From: an uncultured virus (IMG/VR IMGVR_UViG_3300037493_002973)
Taxonomy: Duplodnaviria > Heunggongvirae > Uroviricota > Caudoviricetes
Strand: one strand, 5' to 3'
Virus record (IMG/VR): IMGVR_UViG_3300037493_002973
DNA length: 20,000 bases
The notes under the pieces were generated by a model. That model was not told the DNA's origin. It did no database searches and saw nothing but the letters and a program-made list of their open reading frames with translations. Shown here one piece after another: positions 15,660-20,000 of the stretch. The translations under genes and the position numbers were made by a program. Positions within the stretch are counted from its first letter, which is position 1. Each line of letters begins with the position of its first letter.

Positions 15660-15708
15660 GGTTTCTTGTTTTTAGTGGTTTGGTTAGTTCCTCCCCTTAT
15701 TGATGCAT

Positions 15709-15740
15709 CAAAGATAATACGCGTCTTTCGTTCTCACAAG
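15709..15740 (-). promoter_or_regulatory. early promoter, Bacteroidota primary-sigma type
   Basis: -7 TATCTTTG (15716-15709) and -33 CTTG (15740-15737) with a 20-nt spacer. Confidence 0.75.
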
Positions 15741-15781
15741 TTTATTTTACTTCTTTCGGTATTTCATACGACAAAAATACG

Positions 15782-15794
15782 TAAGTGCTTGATA
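15782..15794 (-). promoter_or_regulatory. IHF-consensus site
   Basis: TATCAAGCACTTA is an exact match to WATCAANNNNTTR, just upstream of the early promoter. Confidence 0.45.
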
Positions 15795-16100
15795 ATCAGG
15801 TAGATTAATTTCGTTTCTGTTTTGGGTTCGCGTGGCTCTTCATTGCTTACATCAAAAAAAAGAAAAAATACCCTCTTCAACCGTCTCAAACTTGCTGCAC
15901 ATTACACCTATGTGCGCTCGCGTAATTTAAGGCACATTTTCACCTACATATCAGCACAGTAAAAGGCTCTATCTGTTCTCAACTAATTAAGGAACAAACA
16001 AGAGAACTACAAACCGTTTTCTTTTTCGGGGTTTTTTGTTCGGGTTTTTCGTTTTTTCCTCTCGTTTTGGATCCTCTTCTAGGTATCTCTTGAGGGGTAA

Positions 16101-16260
16101 CTCCTCGCGGTTTTCCTTTCCCTGCCTACCTTTCGCGTCCTCCCCTCCTCTTCCCTCTCCCGTGTTCCCTTCCTTCCTTCCGTCCTGTATTCCCGTCCGT
16201 TTATCCCTTCCCTTCCTTCCTTTCGCGTTTTCCCATCTCTTACCCTCCTATCAATCCCCG
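16101..16260. repeat. polypyrimidine/polypurine low-complexity tract with short direct repeats
   Basis: C/T-dominated + strand; CCTTTCGCGT at 16129 and 16219; CCCTTCCTTCCTT at 16167 and 16210. Confidence 0.8.
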
Positions 16261-16450
16261 ACCAATATACACCTTGTTAAACTGCTCAAAGTATCCTTTT
16301 CGGGTTCTTGCTCCTTCTGCCTATCAAAACTGCCTATTTCAGCCCTCAAAAAGGGTGCTACTGTGTGAAACATAGTAGCCGCGGAAACATTGGGAAAAGT
16401 GCGAAAGTTACACGGGGTGGAGATAAAAAAATCGGGCTCCTTTTCTTGGA

Positions 16451-16741
16451 TCCTTTTGGGGCGTTTCCGTTCGTGTTTCCGTTCGTGTGTTCTGCTCTGG
16501 TCTTCCTGTTGGTGTGTTCCTTCGGTGTGTCTCCTTGCTTGGTTCCTTGCGTGGTCTTCCTTGCGTGTGTTCTGCTGTGTCTCTTGCCGTGTGGTCCTTG
16601 CTTGGTTCCTTCCTGTGTGTCCTTCCTGTGTGTTTCCGTTGGTGTGTTCTGCTCAGGTCTTCCCGTTGTGGTCTTCCTGTGTGTGTTCCTTCCGTGTTCC
16701 TTTGCTTGGTCTTCCTTGCTTGGTCTTCCTTCGTGTCCTTC
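16451..16741. repeat. degenerate tandem repeat array (about 20 units of 10-15 nt), almost A-free on the + strand
   Basis: Only one A (16655) in 291 nt; minus-strand units such as AAGGAAGACCAAGC, AAGGAACACACCAAC and GGAAACACGAAC. Confidence 0.9.
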
Positions 16742-16895
16742 ATGTGTTCACATAGCAGAAGCAAACAGAAAAGGAATTTCATAGCGTGCCTATGTGTATC
16801 CTCTACAGGTATCCACTACAGGCGCAAGGCAAGGGGCAACGGTAAGGAATAGCGGAGGGGTGCGCTCGGTGGAATTCCGTAGGGGCCCCACGGTC

Positions 16896-16928
16896 GGGAG
16901 GGCTGACGGGGGCAGGTTCGGGGAGGGG
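16896..16928 (+). other. G-quadruplex-forming motif in a GC-rich island
   Basis: GGG-A-GGG-CTGAC-GGGGG-CAGGTTC-GGGG-A-GGGG fits (G3+ N1-7) with five G-runs. Confidence 0.6.
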
Positions 16929-16977
16929 CGCGCGCGGTGGACATGGGGGGTGAGCCCGTTAAAGACTACCTAACAGA

Positions 16978-17082
16978 GGCACGTTGACATACCCTATATA
17001 AAATTTTATAGAAAATAGTAGTGGGGGATTCTTGTTGTAGGTACAAGAAAAGGGCACGTTAGAGTATCCCCTATAAAATTTT
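16978..17082. repeat. bipartite direct repeat, two copies 75 nt apart
   Basis: GGCACGTT-N11-TATAAAATTTT at 16978-17007 and 17053-17082; the first copy overlaps the 14-bp palindrome TATAAAATTTTATA (16997-17010). Confidence 0.75.
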
Positions 17083-17103
17083 TACAAAAAACACATTAAT
17101 GTA

Positions 17104-17189
17104 CCCCTGTGAATTTCCCTACAAAAATTCCTTAAAAGTGATGTCGGGGGCTTCTATAGAGAAGCCCTACATAGGGAAATTCACAGGGG
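17104..17189. repeat. perfect 18-bp inverted repeat enclosing a nested hairpin
   Basis: CCCCTGTGAATTTCCCTA (17104-17121) and TAGGGAAATTCACAGGGG (17172-17189); inner GGGCTTCT-ATAG-AGAAGCCC (17148-17167). Confidence 0.9.
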
Positions 17190-17315
17190 GGTAGGGTGGA
17201 AATTTTTTTAGTTATTCCTTTATGTTGAGTTGACAAGGATTACTTGTTAGGTTGTTTCTTGTATAGGGGAGTTGACCTGTGTATTGGATTGGCAATCTAT
17301 GTAACTAGACTTATG

Positions 17316-17498
17316 CTATTTTTTTTTAATGTTTGTTTTACTTTTTATTTTTTTTTCTTGAGCCAACATAGCTTTACTAGGGGCTTTAGGTTTAGCACCA
17401 GTTTCTTTATTTTTAGCAGCCTTGCTCCTCAAATTATCCCAAAGTCCACGTTGAGATGTTGAACCATCTGCACGTTTAATCATTTGTTTTTTTGCCAT
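17316..17498 (-). CDS. small basic phage protein
   Basis: 60 aa, very Lys-rich; MIKRADGSxSxRGLWDN motif. Confidence 0.8.
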   Translation of the reverse strand: MAKKQMIKRADGSTSQRGLWDNLRSKAAKNKETGAKPKAPSKAMLAQEKKIKSKTNIKKK

Positions 17499-17508
17499 TT
17501 CTGATTTA

Positions 17509-17811
17509 TTAACAATTCCATTTTCTTAATGCTAATGTTTTCCTTGTCGGTTCCCCATTAGGTTTCTTTGCAGGTCCTTTAACTCCTGACATTCTAGCGC
17601 AGAAAGACTTGCGTCTATTTGAAGCCTCCGAACCTTCTTTAAGTTTAGAAGGTTTAGTTGTAACGGCCATTTTTAATTTAGAGCCTGGATTATCAGCTCT
17701 ATAACTTGCTACGCCTTTTTTATTAAGACCGCCTTTCGGGTCTTTCCCTTCAGAGCGAGTCCAAGCAGGTGTACTACTACTAGACTTCACGTTTTTTTTA
17801 CTTGTTGCCAT
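17509..17811 (-). CDS. DUF6321-like small basic phage protein
   Basis: PAWTRSEGKDPKGGLNKKGVASY..GSKLK..RRKSFCARMSG..ALRKWNC, recognised from memory as DUF6321-like. Confidence 0.8.
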   Translation of the reverse strand: MATSKKNVKSSSSTPAWTRSEGKDPKGGLNKKGVASYRADNPGSKLKMAVTTKPSKLKEGSEASNRRKSFCARMSGVKGPAKKPNGEPTRKTLALRKWNC

Positions 17812-17833
17812 ACCTATTCTTTTTTGACTTGGT

Positions 17834-17841
17834 CAAAAGTA
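17834..17841 (-). promoter_or_regulatory. possible Bacteroidota -7 promoter box
   Basis: Intergenic TACTTTTG ending 22 nt upstream of ATG 17811; nearest TTTG is only 15 nt away, shorter than typical. Confidence 0.55.
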
Positions 17842-17879
17842 TGAATAAAAAAAAACCAAAAGGTGTTTACAGGAATAAG

Positions 17880-18107
17880 TTATTCTTGCCCCCCAAGGTG
17901 AAACACAAGAACCTTCAAGGAGTTTAGAGTGTTTACATTCGGGAGTTCTTGCCAAATTACCTCTCCTTGTCCTGGATTTATCATCACAATAAAAACCTTC
18001 CCATCCTCAACCTCGAGATGGAGTTTGTTGGTTATAGAAATAGAATAGGTTTCATCTCCTGTATTGAATTGAAAGCCTAACGATAGAAGTTCTTGGGGGG
18101 TTATCAT
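17880..18107 (-). CDS. hypothetical protein
   Basis: 75-aa ORF beginning ITPQELLSLGF; ATGA-coupled start. Confidence 0.75.
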   Translation of the reverse strand: MITPQELLSLGFQFNTGDETYSISITNKLHLEVEDGKVFIVMINPGQGEVIWQELPNVNTLNSLKVLVFHLGGQE

Positions 18108-18292
18108 TGCTTTTTTATTAAAGTGATAAATTGTTCAACGGGAATTTCGGTTTTACCTTTTACTTTTTGCTTACTAAAATCAATTGCACCAAATACGGCA
18201 TCTTCATTTCTACACCACAAATCGCGATTAGGCAATAAATCCCATTCTGCTTCACTTTGTGGTTTACAATAAGAGTTCTCTAATGTATTCAT
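18104..18292 (-). CDS. hypothetical protein
   Basis: 62-aa ORF, tightly packed. Confidence 0.7.
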   Translation of the reverse strand: MNTLENSYCKPQSEAEWDLLPNRDLWCRNEDAVFGAIDFSKQKVKGKTEIPVEQFITLIKKQ

Positions 18293-18297
18293 AGCGC

Positions 18298-18636
18298 TTA
18301 TTTATTTTCAATTAAAACAAGTTCCTCTTCCTGAGCTTCCTTCAATAACTCCTCCGCGCGTTCTACTAAAGAAGTCTCTCCTACGGGAACTCCAAACCTA
18401 GATGCCAAGTAGAATTTATATGGGTAACATCCCTCTAAGGAAATTTCTGCAAGGGTTACTCCCATTGCTCCATTCATAGTGCCTACCATACGGCTAAATC
18501 CCGTTATCGTGTAGTATTTACCCTTTACAGGCCACTTCCCTAAAGGAATCTCGTTAGGTCTTCCTTTGTCGTTTATGCAGATAACCCTTACTTGGACTTC
18601 TTGCGGGGGCTTGTTAGGGGATGCGTAGTTGCTCAC
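18298..18636 (-). CDS. phage hypothetical protein
   Basis: 112 aa, GTG start; VICINDKGRPNEIP..YT..GVTLAEI..YPY..RF; promoter upstream. Confidence 0.75.
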   Translation of the reverse strand: MSNYASPNKPPQEVQVRVICINDKGRPNEIPLGKWPVKGKYYTITGFSRMVGTMNGAMGVTLAEISLEGCYPYKFYLASRFGVPVGETSLVERAEELLKEAQEEELVLIENK

Positions 18637-18670
18637 TTATTTGCTATTTGGATTATATTCCAATCGAAAG

Positions 18671-18700
18671 CAAATATAAACAAACTTTTGATTATACAAA
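18671..18700 (-). promoter_or_regulatory. Bacteroidota primary-sigma-type promoter
   Basis: Intergenic -33 TTTG (18700-18697), 18-nt spacer, -7 TATATTTG (18678-18671). Confidence 0.75.
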
Positions 18701-18708
18701 AAAGAATT

Positions 18709-19344
18709 TTATTTCTTCAACATTTCTGCGTAAAGGTGCGTAAGCTCCCTCCTTTCGCTTAGTCCGTTAATCCCTCCGTTAATTCTCTTGGCTACTGCTA
18801 CGATAGAGGCATCGGAAATGTCCTTACATAAATCCCAAACATTATTCTTGTTGAAGAAAAATAAAGCGGAATCGAAAGCGTATGTAGTAGCAACTAAATC
18901 GGGAACATTCATAATCCCTTGGCTTGAGATACTATCTGCAAAATCTTGGTAGTTGTTCTTTCCAGTCAACTGAATTGCGCCCCTTCCACGGTATTTCCAA
19001 GAATCTCCACTCGCTTCATTCCCATTACCCATTCTATTTGCGTAAACCTTATTGGCAATCTTCTCGGGATTTTTAGCGTAACCTAATGTAGATTTTAAGG
19101 AAAGGAAATACTTATTGAAAGTAGTTACAAGTCCTGCTCCGCTATAATTAAGATTCTCTTCAAACTTTGTAAATCCTCCTGATTCGTGATGGCATTGCGC
19201 GAAGAAGTGCGCTGCATGTACGTCAGATAGGTGAAAATAAGCCGCTGCTGCCCTTATCGTGTTCTTTCCTATACTTCCATCGGGAGTAACGCCTATCTTC
19301 AATTGTAGGGCTTTAATTGTCTCTACGTGTTTCTTGTCTGCCAT
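18709..19344 (-). CDS. endolysin, glycoside hydrolase family 19 with short N-terminal peptidoglycan-binding module
   Basis: IKALQ..GVTPDGSIGKNT (PG-binding); HFFAQCHHESGGF, ENLNYS, YRGRGAIQLTGKNNY, INGGINGLSER (GH19 motifs). Confidence 0.93.
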   Translation of the reverse strand: MADKKHVETIKALQLKIGVTPDGSIGKNTIRAAAAYFHLSDVHAAHFFAQCHHESGGFTKFEENLNYSGAGLVTTFNKYFLSLKSTLGYAKNPEKIANKVYANRMGNGNEASGDSWKYRGRGAIQLTGKNNYQDFADSISSQGIMNVPDLVATTYAFDSALFFFNKNNVWDLCKDISDASIVAVAKRINGGINGLSERRELTHLYAEMLKK

Positions 19345-19349
19345 AACGT

Positions 19350-19586
19350 TTAGGGATTGGTTTTCTCAATTTGTTTTTGCGCAACTTTTCCTGTCAATCC
19401 AATTCCTATAAGAGTAATCGGTTGTATCCACTCAATGTTCTTGTAAAGAGTTGTATTATTCCCACACATTAAAAGCTGTAGGAGTATTGAAAGGCATCCT
19501 GTAAGGATAATTATTGAACAGGCTACTCTAAGCCAAGACGGAAATCCTTTATCGTCTTTGTGAGAATCTTTTAGAAACTCTTTCAT
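19350..19586 (-). CDS. putative holin (two hydrophobic segments)
   Basis: 78 aa with two hydrophobic stretches and charged termini, 5 nt upstream of the endolysin start. Confidence 0.7.
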   Translation of the reverse strand: MKEFLKDSHKDDKGFPSWLRVACSIIILTGCLSILLQLLMCGNNTTLYKNIEWIQPITLIGIGLTGKVAQKQIEKTNP

Positions 19587-19597
19587 AGCTTTTATTG

Positions 19598-19864
19598 CTA
19601 CCTGTATATATACGAAGTAAATACTCCTAGTGTAGCAAGGTCTACTACCATTCTTGCAGTCGTCATCTTAGGAATGTAAAACATAGATGATTGATATGCT
19701 TTTTCTATTTCCTGTCTGTTTGAATTGTACTCAACAATTTTTTCTTCTTGGATTTGTTCGGGCCGACTTACCTTTCTTATTGAGCATAATAGGTCGTCAA
19801 GTGCATCTATGCAACTTGTGTCGTTTATTGCCTTTCGTGTTGCTAACCTCATTTTCCGTGACAT
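19598..19864 (-). CDS. hypothetical protein in the lysis module
   Basis: 88-aa ORF; an alternative start at 19852 would be ATGA-coupled to the upstream gene; mildly hydrophobic C-terminus. Confidence 0.65.
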   Translation of the reverse strand: MSRKMRLATRKAINDTSCIDALDDLLCSIRKVSRPEQIQEEKIVEYNSNRQEIEKAYQSSMFYIPKMTTARMVVDLATLGVFTSYIYR

Positions 19865-20000
19865 TTAAGCTTCTCTAATTGTTCTGAAATTTTTTCAAAA
19901 GCTATTTTAGATTCAATCGCTACCTCAACCATCTTAACAGTATTTGCTTCAGATTTTGATAGTATTGATTCTTGAAGTGTTTTGTTTTCTTTCCTAAGAA
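19849..20000 (-). CDS. partial coiled-coil protein (3' end only)
   Basis: Manual translation ..LRKENKTLQESILSKSEANTVKMVEVAIESKIAFEKISEQLEKLKCHGK-stop (TGA 19851-19849). Confidence 0.6.
   Translation of the reverse strand, partial: LRKENKTLQESILSKSEANTVKMVEVAIESKIAFEKISEQLEKLKCHGK

Noticed and set aside
16036..16368. + strand 110-aa ORF rich in P/S/F/L
   Set aside because: By-product of the polypyrimidine tract; TTG start and opposite to all real genes.
16451..16741. CRISPR array interpretation, given the Cas4-like nuclease in the window
   Set aside because: No constant repeat with unique spacers and no other cas genes; stand-alone Cas4-like nucleases are common in phage recombination modules.
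16308..16852. Four overlapping ORFs (16308..16784 +, 16390..16755 +, 16487..16852 +, 16408..16782 -)
   Set aside because: Stop codons need A and T on the same strand, so the A-free array is open in all frames by construction; the translations are low-complexity C/V/L/F or R/T/E/K strings.
17244..17462. + strand 72-aa Phe-rich ORF
   Set aside because: Antisense shadow of the Lys-rich gene 17316..17498.

Overview
This window is a fragment of a tailed bacteriophage genome, most likely infecting Bacteroidota: it has TAnnTTTG promoters, A/C-rich leaders without Shine-Dalgarno sites, and signal peptides cleaved before Gln. Every credible gene is on the minus strand. In transcription order (20000 to 1) it carries: a lysis module (holin-like gene and GH19 endolysin); small basic proteins including a DUF6321-like one; a ~1.65 kb non-coding region (15660-17315) that probably contains the genome end, packaging site or origin; about 25 small early genes with stereotyped leaders; and a DNA-metabolism block (SSB-like protein, coiled-coil protein, Cas4/RecB-like nuclease, HTH-methyltransferase fusion, HTH proteins). 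The most unusual items are a 291-nt degenerate repeat array with only one A on the + strand (a nearly U-free, GGA-rich potential RNA), a Trm1-like methyltransferase fused to an HTH, a non-decoding tRNA-like element, an early-gene-specific RCCATG start context with duplicated leaders, and an uncalled 48-aa Rmf/CrpP-like ORF. All family assignments come from motif recognition by eye; no database search was run.
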